DNA from: Candidatus Dormiibacterota bacterium
Lineage (GTDB): Bacteria; Chloroflexota; Dormibacteria; Aeolococcales; Aeolococcaceae
DNA: 64,000 bases
Direction of reading: 5' to 3'
Assembly: GCA_963709585.1 (NCBI GenBank)
Contig: CAVPXI010000014.1
Location: forward strand, 256,001 to 320,000
Below are positions 51,283-60,501 of the stretch, piece after piece. The notes beneath the pieces were generated by a model that was not told the origin of the DNA, searched no databases, and saw nothing but the letters and a program-made list of their open reading frames with translations. Positions within the stretch are counted from its first letter, which is position 1. Every line of letters starts with the position of its first letter. Both the position numbers and the translations under genes were made by a program.

Positions 51283-52034
51283 CAATCCGGCCAGTACTGC
51301 TCTTCGCGAATCGCCTTGTTGTCGAAGCCGGCGCGACGCATGATCGCCCGAGCGCCGCTGATCATCCCGGGGTGACCGCACAGGAAGACCCCGCCGTTGC
51401 CCGGGCGCATTCCCGCGGCGTCAGCGTACTTGCGCATGACGTCCTCGACCCGCCCCCACTCGCCGTGCCATTCGGGGTCCTCCCACGGCCGGCTCACCGT
51501 CGGCACGTAGGTGAGCCAGTCGAACTCCCGCTCCAGGGCCACGAGCTCGTCGGCGTACCCGAGCTCGACGGAGCGCGCGGCGCCCTGGATGGTGACGACC
51601 GGTACCGGGGTCCAGTCGCCGGCTCTCGCCCGCGATGCGAGCGTGCGCAACAGGCTGACGAACGGCGCGATCCCGGTCACGGTGGCGACGAACAGGTGCG
51701 GCTGGTCCAGCAGCGGTGCCTCGCGAAGGAAGAGTCCCTTGGTACGCCTGCGCACGATCAGGTCGCCGCCGACGCCGAGGGCGAACAGCGGATCGGAGAG
51801 CTCGCCGTCCGGGACCCGCTCGATGAACAGCTCGATCTCGTCCTCGAGGGGCGACGAGCAGATCGAATACGGGCGCTCGATCACCCTGCCGTTCGACTGC
51901 AGCCCGAGGGTCACGTACTGGCCGGGGCGGTACGGAAGCTCCGTGTCGGGACGTATCCGGATGATCCAGAGGTCCGGAGCGGGGTCGCGACGTGACACGA
52001 CTGTCGCGGACGTGTATTTTTCCGGATCCATCAT
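51282..52034 (-). CDS. fpr: Ferredoxin--NADP+ reductase (bacterial type)
   Basis: PGQYVTLG, RPYSICS, TGIAPF, CGHPGMI, C-terminal EQYW. Confidence 0.9.
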   Translation of the reverse strand: MMDPEKYTSATVVSRRDPAPDLWIIRIRPDTELPYRPGQYVTLGLQSNGRVIERPYSICSSPLEDEIELFIERVPDGELSDPLFALGVGGDLIVRRRTKGLFLREAPLLDQPHLFVATVTGIAPFVSLLRTLASRARAGDWTPVPVVTIQGAARSVELGYADELVALEREFDWLTYVPTVSRPWEDPEWHGEWGRVEDVMRKYADAAGMRPGNGGVFLCGHPGMISGARAIMRRAGFDNKAIREEQYWPD

Positions 52035-52106
52035 GAGCGCGCTGAGAGTGTAGGGGGAAGTACGCGGCGCGCCTCTTCTCCCCGAAGGGTGGAGACTGTT
52101 CGTCCA

Positions 52107-52814
52107 ATGTACGGTCCACTCGCTCTCGTCGGCGGCGACGAGTTCCACCCCGGCAACGAGCACCAGGACGAGATTCTTCGCGATGCGTGTGCCGGACGAC
52201 CGGCCTTCGTGGTCGCGACCGCGGCGCAGGACTTCGCGTCGGGAGCCGTCGACGCAGCCCGGCGCTGGTTCGCGGGCCTGGGCCTCGACGTGCACGAGCT
52301 GCGCATCCGGACCAAGGACGACGCCAGCTCGCCCGAGGTCGTGGCGGAGGCCGCCGGAGCGGGGCTCGTCTACATCGCCGGTGGCGATCCCGGGTGGGTC
52401 GTCGAGGTGCTCCGTGCGAGCCCTGTCTGGAAAGCGATCGCCGCGGCATGGCGAGCCGGTGCGGCGCTCGCCGGGTCGTCCGCCGGCGCGATGGCGCTGT
52501 GCCAGTGGTGCCTCGTCCAGACGAGTTGGCCCGGCGAGATCCACGAGCGCTCGGTCGATGCCCTGGGCCTCGTCCCGGGCTGCGCGATCCTCCCCCACTT
52601 CGACGTCCTCGGCGACGCGTGGATTCCGTGGGCACAGGAGGGCCTCGCCCAGGAGGCGCAGGTCATCGGCATCGACGAGCGCACCGCCGCCGTGCTCCGC
52701 GAAGGCAGGTGGGAGGTGTTCGGCCCGGGCGCGGTGACAATCCTGCAGGGGCAGGTGCGCCACCGCCACATCGAAGGCGAGCGCATCGAGCAGATGTCCA
52801 ATCCGGAACCCTAA
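52107..52814 (+). CDS. Peptidase S51 family (cyanophycinase/dipeptidase E-like)
   Basis: IAGGD, GSSAGA nucleophile elbow, PHFD, GIDERT. Confidence 0.85.
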   Translation: MYGPLALVGGDEFHPGNEHQDEILRDACAGRPAFVVATAAQDFASGAVDAARRWFAGLGLDVHELRIRTKDDASSPEVVAEAAGAGLVYIAGGDPGWVVEVLRASPVWKAIAAAWRAGAALAGSSAGAMALCQWCLVQTSWPGEIHERSVDALGLVPGCAILPHFDVLGDAWIPWAQEGLAQEAQVIGIDERTAAVLREGRWEVFGPGAVTILQGQVRHRHIEGERIEQMSNPEP

Positions 52815-52915
52815 GGCCGCGCAGTCCGTAATCCGAACGTAACCCTGGTCCGTTTACTTGTATGACAGCGTGGATAACCTGATCAGCGAAGGCATCACGT
52901 GAGACAACGAGCGAC

Positions 52916-53254
52916 ATGAGCTTCCAAGGCGCAATCACTGACATGGACGCGGCGAAAGCGCGCGCCGAAGATGCGAAAGCCCGCCGCAGGCTGCGTATCC
53001 AGCATATTCGCCGGCTCGAACGCGTACTCGACACTGTCGAGAACCACAACCTGCAGCGTGATCGCCAGGTGCCGCCGGACATGTGGCGGCAGCTCGCAGA
53101 GCTCGAGGTCGTCCTGCCCGTCCCCGCACCCGCGGCGCTCTGGCAGGCACGCAACACCGCCCGGCTCCATGACGCGCTGCTCGATTGGGAAGCCGACCTC
53201 CTCGACGAGGTCGCACCGCACCGCGTCGCGTACGACGACACCCACGACGACTGA
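52916..53254 (+). CDS. Hypothetical helical protein
   Basis: 112-aa ORF with protein-like composition filling the intergenic gap; no family recognised. Confidence 0.6.
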   Translation: MSFQGAITDMDAAKARAEDAKARRRLRIQHIRRLERVLDTVENHNLQRDRQVPPDMWRQLAELEVVLPVPAPAALWQARNTARLHDALLDWEADLLDEVAPHRVAYDDTHDD

Positions 53255-53291
53255 GCTCACCGTCTGACGCTCGTCTGGCACACTCAGCGGC

Positions 53292-54419
53292 GTGACCACC
53301 GCTGAACGCATGGCGCTCGTCGAGCGCCACACCGCCGAGGTCATCGGCGCCGACGAGCTGCCGCCGCTGATGGACGCCGGGCTCGAGTTGCGCCAATACA
53401 TCGGATTCGAGATCTCCGGCAAGGCTCACCTCGGCACCGGGCTGATGAGCATGGCGAAAGTGCGCGATCTCACCGCGGCCGGCGTGCACTGTTCGATCCT
53501 CCTCGCCGACTGGCACACCTGGATCAACGACAAGCTCGGCGGTGACCGCGAGTTGATCCGCCGTATCGCGACCGGCTACTTCACCGAGGCGATCCGCGCC
53601 TCAATCCTGTGCGTCGACGCCGACCCGGGATCGGTCGAGTTCGTACTGGCGTCGGACCTGTACAGGGACGACGACGAGTACTGGGCGACGGTGATCGAGG
53701 TGAGCAAGAACACGACGCTGGCGCGGATGCAGCGCAGCATCAGCATCCTCGGCCGCCAGGAACGGGAGAGCGTCGATTTTGCCAAGCTCATCTACCCGGC
53801 CATGCAGGCCGCCGACATCTTCGCGCTCGGTGCGCATATCGCCCACGCGGGTATGGATCAGCGCAAGGCGCACGTGATCGCCCGCGACGTCGCCATGCAG
53901 ATGCGCATCCACGCCCTTCGTGGCGTGAGCGGGGCACCGATGAAGCCGGTTGCGCTGCATCACCCGCTGCTGCTCGGGCTCCGCCGCCCCCCGGTGTGGC
54001 CCGTGCCGCCGGAGGCGGCGCGCGACGTGTTCGCAGCCATGAAGATGAGCAAGAGCGATCCCGGTTCCGCGGTGTTCGTTCATGACAGCCCTGACGAGAT
54101 CACGGGCAAGATCAGAAAGGCGTTCTGTCCGCCTGGCGAGGTCACCTTCAATCCGATCATGGACTGGATCGAGAAGGTTGTCTTCGATATCGCCGGGGGT
54201 CCCTTCATCGTCGACCGGTCGGAGGCCAACGGCGGCCGGGTGAGCTTCGACGCCTATGACGAGGTGATCACCGCGTACATCAGTGGCGCACTCCATCCGA
54301 TGGACGCCAAGGCCGGGCTCGCCGCCCGGCTCATCGATCTGCTCGAGCCGGCGCGCCTGCATTTTTCGAAACCCGAGGTGCACGCGATGCTCGACGAGGT
54401 CGACGCCGCGATCGCGTAG
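53292..54419 (+). CDS. tyrS: Tyrosine--tRNA ligase, archaeal/eukaryotic type
   Basis: YIGFEISGKAHLGTG, ADWHTWINDK, YPAMQAADI, GMDQRKAH, KMSKSDP, KIRKAFCP, LHPMDAK; no C-terminal S4 domain. Confidence 0.92.
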   Translation: MTTAERMALVERHTAEVIGADELPPLMDAGLELRQYIGFEISGKAHLGTGLMSMAKVRDLTAAGVHCSILLADWHTWINDKLGGDRELIRRIATGYFTEAIRASILCVDADPGSVEFVLASDLYRDDDEYWATVIEVSKNTTLARMQRSISILGRQERESVDFAKLIYPAMQAADIFALGAHIAHAGMDQRKAHVIARDVAMQMRIHALRGVSGAPMKPVALHHPLLLGLRRPPVWPVPPEAARDVFAAMKMSKSDPGSAVFVHDSPDEITGKIRKAFCPPGEVTFNPIMDWIEKVVFDIAGGPFIVDRSEANGGRVSFDAYDEVITAYISGALHPMDAKAGLAARLIDLLEPARLHFSKPEVHAMLDEVDAAIA

Positions 54420-54423
54420 GCGA

Positions 54424-55431
54424 TCAGCGCAGGCCCACGGCCTCCTGCACGCGCCGCAGCGTCGCGTCTGCCACGACATGCACCCGCGCGGCGGAATCCG
54501 CGAGCAGGCGGCGGAGGGCAGTGTCGTCGCTGCGCAGCTCCGCGTATCGCGCCTGGATGGGGCCGAGCGCGTCGACGACGGAATCGGCGACGGCACCCTT
54601 CAGCACGCTGTAGGTTTTTCCTTCGAAGGCACCCAAGGCCACGTCGGCGCTGATTTCATGGAGGGCTGCGTAGATCTCGAGCAGGTTGGCGACGCCTGCA
54701 CCGAGCGGTTTGTGGACAGCCGGCTCGGTGTCCGTGGTCGCGCGGGCGATCTTGCGGCGCACGACCTCCGGCGGATCGAGCAGCAGCACCGCATGTCCCG
54801 GACGATCCACGGCAATGCTCTTGCTCATCTTCTCGTCGGGCGTGTCGAGTCCCATCACCCGAGCGCCCACCTCGCTGATCAAGGCTGCGGGCACCTTGAA
54901 CACATCGCCGCGCTGCGAGTTGAGCCGGTTGGCGAGGTCGCGGCAGAGCTCGATGTGCTGGCGCTGATCCTCACCGACGGGGACGAAGTCGGCGTCATAC
55001 AGCAGGATGTCCGCAGCCATGAGCACGGGGTAGGTGAAGACCCCGGTGTTGATCCGCTCGCGTCCCTGCGCCTGGATGCGCGCCTTGAACTGGGTCATCC
55101 GGTCGAGCCAGCCCATGGGAGTGAGCGTCTCGAGAATCCAGCAGAGCTGGGTATGCGCCGGAACGTGCGATTGGACGAAGATCTCGCAGCGATCGGGGTC
55201 CAGGCCGCAGGCGATGTACATCGCGGCCAGCTCCATGGTCAGCGAGCGCAGCCGCTCGGGGTCCGGGTGCTGCGTCAGCGCGTGAAGGTCGACGATGCAG
55301 AAGTAGTTCTCGAACCGATCCTGGTCGCGGGCCCAGTTACGCAGCGCACCGAGGTAGTTGCCGAGGTGCAGGCCGAAGTCCGGTTGGATGCCGCTCAGGA
55401 CACGGGGGCGTGGGGCAGCGGTCGGCGACAT
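54424..55431 (-). CDS. trpS: Tryptophan--tRNA ligase, bacterial type
   Basis: SGIQP, HLGNYLGA, YPVLMAADIL, VPVGEDQRQH, KMSKS. Confidence 0.95.
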   Translation of the reverse strand: MSPTAAPRPRVLSGIQPDFGLHLGNYLGALRNWARDQDRFENYFCIVDLHALTQHPDPERLRSLTMELAAMYIACGLDPDRCEIFVQSHVPAHTQLCWILETLTPMGWLDRMTQFKARIQAQGRERINTGVFTYPVLMAADILLYDADFVPVGEDQRQHIELCRDLANRLNSQRGDVFKVPAALISEVGARVMGLDTPDEKMSKSIAVDRPGHAVLLLDPPEVVRRKIARATTDTEPAVHKPLGAGVANLLEIYAALHEISADVALGAFEGKTYSVLKGAVADSVVDALGPIQARYAELRSDDTALRRLLADSAARVHVVADATLRRVQEAVGLR

Positions 55432-55450
55432 CTCGGGCACCAGCCTAGCG

Positions 55451-56323
55451 TCAGGCGCTGCGACGGCGCTGGCGGCGCGGCTTCGCGACCGCCCGCGGTG
55501 ACCAGCACTCCGCGACGAATCCAGCGATCTCCGCGGTGAGCCGTTCCGGCCGGAGGCGCAGCTCGAGGATGTTCGACGCCTCGACGAGACGCGCATGCGG
55601 GAGCTCGCCGGTGAGCACGCCGGCGTCGGAGAAAGGATGCACCGGATCGATGTGGTGCCCGATCACCAGCGCCGGCATGGTCAGCTCACGCCGCTGCGCG
55701 CTGTACGGGGCGATGTGGCTGAAGAACAAGCCCTGGAGCAGCGCGGCGCTCGGACCGGGGTCCTGGCGGACCACGTCAAGCGCGACATTGCCCCAGAAGG
55801 GGACGAGGCGCCGCGGGATCCTGCGAAGCCCCGCAGCGACCGGCCGCATGAGGCGCTCGCCGAAATGCAGCGCCACCAGGAGCGGACCGAATGCGATCAC
55901 CGACGCCACCAGTGCGTTCTCCAGCACCGGCATCTCGATGATCATGCCGCGCACCCGCCGCGGCGCCGCGTGCGCGATCTCCAGGGTCACGTTCGCGCCC
56001 AGGGATGTGCCCCCGATCACGGCCTCGTCGATGTCGAGGTGGTCCAGCAGCGCGATCGCGTCGCTCGCGAACGACTCGATCGAATACTCCGCCATCTCAC
56101 TGGGACGGTCGGAGCGCCCGTGCCCAAGCGGGTCGAGGGTGAGCACATGCGCCCCATTCGCGGCGAGCGCCATCGCAAGGTGTTCCTGCATCAGCGCCGG
56201 GATGAGCAGCCCGGGCAAGAGCAGCACCCAGCGCTTGCCGTCGCCGAACTCCGTGTACGCCAGGCGATGGCCGCGAGTCGTGAACGCCGACGGCACGACC
56301 GGCGGGGGGCGATCAGCGGACAT
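55451..56323 (-). CDS. Alpha/beta hydrolase
   Basis: DPLGHGRS, GTSLG nucleophile elbow. Confidence 0.85.
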   Translation of the reverse strand: MSADRPPPVVPSAFTTRGHRLAYTEFGDGKRWVLLLPGLLIPALMQEHLAMALAANGAHVLTLDPLGHGRSDRPSEMAEYSIESFASDAIALLDHLDIDEAVIGGTSLGANVTLEIAHAAPRRVRGMIIEMPVLENALVASVIAFGPLLVALHFGERLMRPVAAGLRRIPRRLVPFWGNVALDVVRQDPGPSAALLQGLFFSHIAPYSAQRRELTMPALVIGHHIDPVHPFSDAGVLTGELPHARLVEASNILELRLRPERLTAEIAGFVAECWSPRAVAKPRRQRRRSA

Positions 56324-56360
56324 CGCCGCGAACTATGCCCCAAAAACGGCGCGAGCGCCG

Positions 56361-56573
56361 CTACTCGTTCTCGTACTTGAACGAGACGTTGAGGCGGGTG
56401 CGGAACCGCGCGACCTTGCCGTTCTCGACGGTCAGATCGAGCTTGACCACCTCGGCGATGCGCAGGTCGCGCAACGATGAGGATGCGGTCTCGATGGCGA
56501 TCTGGGCTGCCTTCTCCCAGGACTCGGCGCTGGTCCCGACGAGCTCGGTGACGCGGTAGACGCTCTCAGCCAT
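56361..56573 (-). CDS. Dodecin family flavin-binding protein
   Basis: SVYRVTELVGTSAESWEKAA...LRDLRIAEV...VSFKY. Confidence 0.9.
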   Translation of the reverse strand: MAESVYRVTELVGTSAESWEKAAQIAIETASSSLRDLRIAEVVKLDLTVENGKVARFRTRLNVSFKYENE

Positions 56574-56678
56574 GCAGGTACCCCCTGGACAATGGACGCA
56601 GGAGCGCCATTCTGACCGCCGAGGCGCGCGACCGGTCGCGCGGTACAAGTGACCTAGACATCCCACGGGGATAAGTCG

Positions 56679-57893
56679 TCAAGCAGCAGCCTGACGGATG
56701 GGTGGCCAGGCCACGCGTTCGGAGTAGCAGCAGCGATGTTCGAGACAGCCGTGGAGGATGCCGACGAGACGGTTGGCGAGGGCACGCAGCGCCTGATGGT
56801 GGGTGTGGCCGCGGGCACGATGAGCCGCGTAATAGGCACGTGCGCCCGCTGAATGCGTCAGGGTGCAGAAGGCCCACAGGTAGAGCGCATCGGCGAGACG
56901 GCGGTTGCGCGTCACACGCGCCAGGACCACCGACCGAGTGCCTGAGGCACGAGTGATCGGAGCGCTGCCGGCATAGCAGCGTCGCGCTCTGGCATTCTCA
57001 TAGCGGGTCCGGTCGTCACCGAACTCCGCCAAGACCCGGGCGCCGAGGATCACACCAAGTCCGGGCAGACTGCGCAGGATCTCGGCGTCCGGGTGATCTT
57101 CAAAAGCCTCGGCAAGCTCGGCCTCGAGGGTGGCGATCTGCGCATTGAACTCGCTGATCACGCGCACCATGGCCAGCACCGAGCTGCCATACGCCCTGGC
57201 GAGCAGCGGCGGCGGCGCCAGTTGCGGCGCACGCAGTGCGCGTTGCAAGGCCGCAGCGCGGGGGGCGATCCCGCGACGGCGCCCGCTACGCGCCAGCACC
57301 ACCCGGAGCTGGTTGAGAGTCAGCCGCCGTCCTTGCTCGGGCGTGGGTGCTCGGCTGAGCAACGCCAGTGCGTCCCGACCGGCCAACTCCGTGCCCAGCG
57401 CGTCCAGTGCAGCGGGATAGAACTCCCGCAGCGCGCTGCGCAGCTGATTGGCATGCCGGACGCGCGCCCACACCAACGTCTGATGGGTGCGGGCGAGCAC
57501 TTTCAGACTCTCCGCGAGCTCGCTGTCGCCCGCCATCGGGCGATGGTTCTGGCGATCGGTGCGGACCAACTCGGCCAACACCTTGGCGTCGCCCGGATCC
57601 GACTTCGCCCGCGACACGGTATGGCGATCGCGGTAGCGACTCACCGCGAACGGATTCAGGGCATACACCTGATACCCGGTGGCCACCAACCCTTGCACCA
57701 GCAGACCGCGGTCGGTTTCGATGCCAACCACCACGGTCTCGGGTTTCGAGGTGTGCGCCCCGACCAGCTCATGGATGCGTGCCAGGCCTTCGATCCCATC
57801 GGGGACGCGCGCCTTGTCGAGACGGGCTCCTGCCTCGTCAAGGAGACACACGTCGTGGTGCGCCTCCGCCCAATCGATGCCGAGGTAGACCAT
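56679..57893 (-). CDS. IS110 recombinase (RuvC-like DEDD plus Tnp20 domain)
   Basis: LGIDWA, GIETD, KSDPGDA, SLPGLG, YAGSAPITRASG (catalytic Ser region); AGGAGG RBS before the ATG at 57893. Confidence 0.95.
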   Translation of the reverse strand: MVYLGIDWAEAHHDVCLLDEAGARLDKARVPDGIEGLARIHELVGAHTSKPETVVVGIETDRGLLVQGLVATGYQVYALNPFAVSRYRDRHTVSRAKSDPGDAKVLAELVRTDRQNHRPMAGDSELAESLKVLARTHQTLVWARVRHANQLRSALREFYPAALDALGTELAGRDALALLSRAPTPEQGRRLTLNQLRVVLARSGRRRGIAPRAAALQRALRAPQLAPPPLLARAYGSSVLAMVRVISEFNAQIATLEAELAEAFEDHPDAEILRSLPGLGVILGARVLAEFGDDRTRYENARARRCYAGSAPITRASGTRSVVLARVTRNRRLADALYLWAFCTLTHSAGARAYYAAHRARGHTHHQALRALANRLVGILHGCLEHRCCYSERVAWPPIRQAAA

Positions 57894-57914
57894 GTGGCGC
57901 TCCTCCTGTGTGAA

Positions 57915-58108
57915 CGCGACAACGAGCCGGAGGAGCATCGCGGCGCCCTAATGGATCAGTGCTCGGGGCACGACATCCCACCGGCCGTCTTGTCTCCTCG
58001 CCAACCGTCGGGGCCACGGTCTAGGCCTGGAGCTCAGCGCTCTGAGTCGAAGAGTGGTCACCCGCCGGCGGCTCGGGAGCAGCTTGCTCCTCAGCCGAGC
58101 TGCTCGCC
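57915..58108 (-). ncRNA. Predicted IS110 bridge RNA (5' hairpin, target-binding loop, donor-binding loop)
   Basis: GTGGGATGTC (57981-57972) is identical to the element right end; CCATTAG (57954-57948) is the reverse complement of the left end; GACTC and GGCCTAG match the flanking target. Boundaries approximate. Confidence 0.85.
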
Positions 58109-58128
58109 ACCCATTAGAGTCTGGAGCC

Positions 58129-58521
58129 ATGCGAACGCTCATACGAACCGTCGGCCGCCTCTGCATCTCCGGGATCTTCGTTTACTCCGGCTACGGGATG
58201 ATCAAGAATTCGGAGCGCTACGCAAAGCTGGCGGCGGCTGCGCTGCCGGTGCCCGAGGACCCGATGATCGCCAGAGCCCAGGGCGCGACCATGATGGTGG
58301 CCGGTTCCACCCTCGCCCTCGGCATCCTGCCGAAAACGTCTGCCCGACTCCTCGCGCTCACATTGATCCCCAACACATTCGTCGGCCATCCGTTCTGGAA
58401 AGCCCAGAAACCCGAGGATCGGCGCAGTCAGCTCGTCCACTTCCTGAAGAACGCGGGGCTCTTCGGTGGCCTGCTCTATGTGGGCGCGGACAAGCGGACC
58501 GAGCCCCGTCTCGAGGACTGA
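58129..58521 (+). CDS. DoxX family membrane protein
   Basis: GRLCISGIFVYSG, GHPFWK, HFLKNAGLFGGLL. Confidence 0.88.
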   Translation: MRTLIRTVGRLCISGIFVYSGYGMIKNSERYAKLAAAALPVPEDPMIARAQGATMMVAGSTLALGILPKTSARLLALTLIPNTFVGHPFWKAQKPEDRRSQLVHFLKNAGLFGGLLYVGADKRTEPRLED

Positions 58522-58523
58522 CG

Positions 58524-59394
58524 TCAGCGCGGACCTCCGGCCTCGGCGCTCGCCAGGTAGGCCCGAAGCCCTTCCTGCCAGTCGGGCAGCAGCGGTTCGC
58601 CGAGGTCGCGCCATCCACGGTTCTCGAGCACCGAATAAGCGGGGCGCGCCGCCGGGGTCGGGTACTCCGCGGTGGTGATCGGGACGACGTCGACCGCCAG
58701 ACCGCGGGCACGGATGGCGGCGACTGCCAGGTCGTACCAGGTGGTGGCCCCGCTGTTGGTGAGGTGGTAGGTCCCGGTGGCGCCGAGGTCGAGCAGGCGG
58801 AGCATCGCGGGCGCGAGGTGGCCCGTCCAGGTCGGTGCGCCGTGCTGGTCGGCGACGACCCGAAGCGGCCGGCCCTCGGAGGCGAGGCGCAGCATGGTGA
58901 GCACGAAATTCGGACCCCGGCGCCCGTAGAGCCAGCTGGAGCGCACGATGACATGGTCGGCGCACCGCTCGCGCACTGCGAGCTCGCCGTGCCATTTGGT
59001 CCGCCCGTACGCCGATCGCGGCGCGGGCGCCGCGTTCTCGGGGATGGGCGACGTCGCGGTGCCGTCGAACACGTAGTCAGTGCTCACATGACAGCATCGA
59101 ATGCCGGCGGCCGCGCACGCGCCGGCCACGATGCCGGCGCCGGTCGCGTTCACTGCCTCAGCCTCGGCCTCGTGCTTCTCGGCGGCGTCGACCAGCGTCC
59201 ACGCCGCGCAGTTGATGACCGCGTCGGGCCGCGCCGCGTCGATCGCACCCGTGACCGCGACGGCGTCGGTGATATCGCACGCCTCGCGGCTCAGGCCGAC
59301 CATGTCGTACCCGTGGCGCGCGCCCTCGTCGACGAGGTCGCCGCCGAGCTGTCCGGGCGTGCCGAGCACCAGATACTTCAGCGCCGCTCACCAT
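58524..59394 (-). CDS. rfbD: dTDP-4-dehydrorhamnose reductase (start uncertain; likely indel near 59385)
   Basis: KYLVLGTPGQLG, NCAAWTLVD, STDYVFDG, YGRTK, DQHGAPT, RPAYSVL. Confidence 0.92.
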
Positions 59395-59439
59395 GCGACC
59401 GACCGGCCGCGGGCTCGCCGGCCACAAGCGCCGTCGCCG

Positions 59440-60501
59440 TCAGAGCTCGACGCGCGAGTGGTCGCCGAGCATGAGGCGAACCGCGGTCGGACGAGCCGGC
59501 GACTTGCAGACCTCGCACTCCTTGCCGATGAGCGACCCGTCGATCTTGCCGGCGATGTCGTGGATGCGAGTGCCCTCGAGGACGATGCTGTTCTCGATCT
59601 CGGCGTTGCGCACGACGCAGTCGAAGTAGATGGACGTGAACGGGCCGATGTAGGCGTTGTCGACGACTGTCCCGCTGCCGATGATCGCGGGTCCGCGGAC
59701 GACGCAATTGCGCAGCGTCGCCCCCTCCTCCACCACGACCTTGCCGTGGAGCCGGACGTCCTCACCCACGGTGCCGTCGCAGCGGGCTTCGAGCGTGTCG
59801 AGGATCATGCGATTGGCCTCGAGGATGTCGTCGAGGCGACCGGTATCCTTCCACCAGCCTTCGATGATGTACGGCATGACCCGCTTGCCCGTGTCGATCA
59901 TGCGCTGGATCGCGTCGGTGATCTCCAACTCGCCGCGTGCACTCGGCTCGATCGCGTCGATGGCCTCGAAGATCAGCGAAGAGAACAGGTAGACGCCCAC
60001 CAGCGCGAGGTCTGAGCGGGGCACCGACGGCTTCTCCACCAGCGAGATCACGCGTCCGTCCTCGAGCTCCGCGACCCCGAAGCGCTGCGGCTCGGGGACC
60101 CGGGCCAGCAGGATCATGGTGTCGGCTTCGGAGCGCTGGAACTCGTCGACGAGCGTGCCGATCCCCTGGGCGATCAGGTTGTCGCCGAGGTACATGACGA
60201 AACTGTCCCCGGCGAGAAAGTCGCGGGCGATGCCCACCGCGTGGGCAAGACCGAGCGGCGCCTCCTGGGCGATGAAGGTGACCTCGGCGTCGAACTTCGA
60301 CCCGTCACCCACCGCTGCGCGCACCTCGTCCGCGGTGTCCCCGACGATGATCCCGATGTCGTGGATCCCGGCCTGGGTCAGCGCGTCGATTGCGTAGAAG
60401 AGAATCGGCCGGTTGGCGACGGGGATGAGTTGCTTCGCGCCGGTATGGGTGATCGGCCGCAGCCGCGTCCCCTTGCCGCCGCTGAGGATGAGCCCCTTCA
60501 T
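59440..60501 (-). CDS. rfbA: Glucose-1-phosphate thymidylyltransferase (long form)
   Basis: MKGLILSGGKGTRLRP, KQLIPVAN, LGDN, EKP, RGELEITD, WWKDTG, C-terminal hexapeptide repeats. Confidence 0.94.
   Translation of the reverse strand: MKGLILSGGKGTRLRPITHTGAKQLIPVANRPILFYAIDALTQAGIHDIGIIVGDTADEVRAAVGDGSKFDAEVTFIAQEAPLGLAHAVGIARDFLAGDSFVMYLGDNLIAQGIGTLVDEFQRSEADTMILLARVPEPQRFGVAELEDGRVISLVEKPSVPRSDLALVGVYLFSSLIFEAIDAIEPSARGELEITDAIQRMIDTGKRVMPYIIEGWWKDTGRLDDILEANRMILDTLEARCDGTVGEDVRLHGKVVVEEGATLRNCVVRGPAIIGSGTVVDNAYIGPFTSIYFDCVVRNAEIENSIVLEGTRIHDIAGKIDGSLIGKECEVCKSPARPTAVRLMLGDHSRVEL

Larger units (their letters stand above)
56655..58118 (-). mobile_element. IS110-family insertion sequence, complete, about 1.46 kb
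   Basis: DEDD recombinase; TAGA (TCTA on the element strand) at both junctions (56655-56658 and 58115-58118); no long terminal IRs; about 220-nt non-coding left end containing end-matching guides. Confidence 0.93.

Noticed and set aside
58053-58062. GTGACC in the IS110 left end as a target guide in swapped order
   Set aside because: It matches the flank but falls in the predicted stem closing the target loop; the canonical guide order already explains the target.
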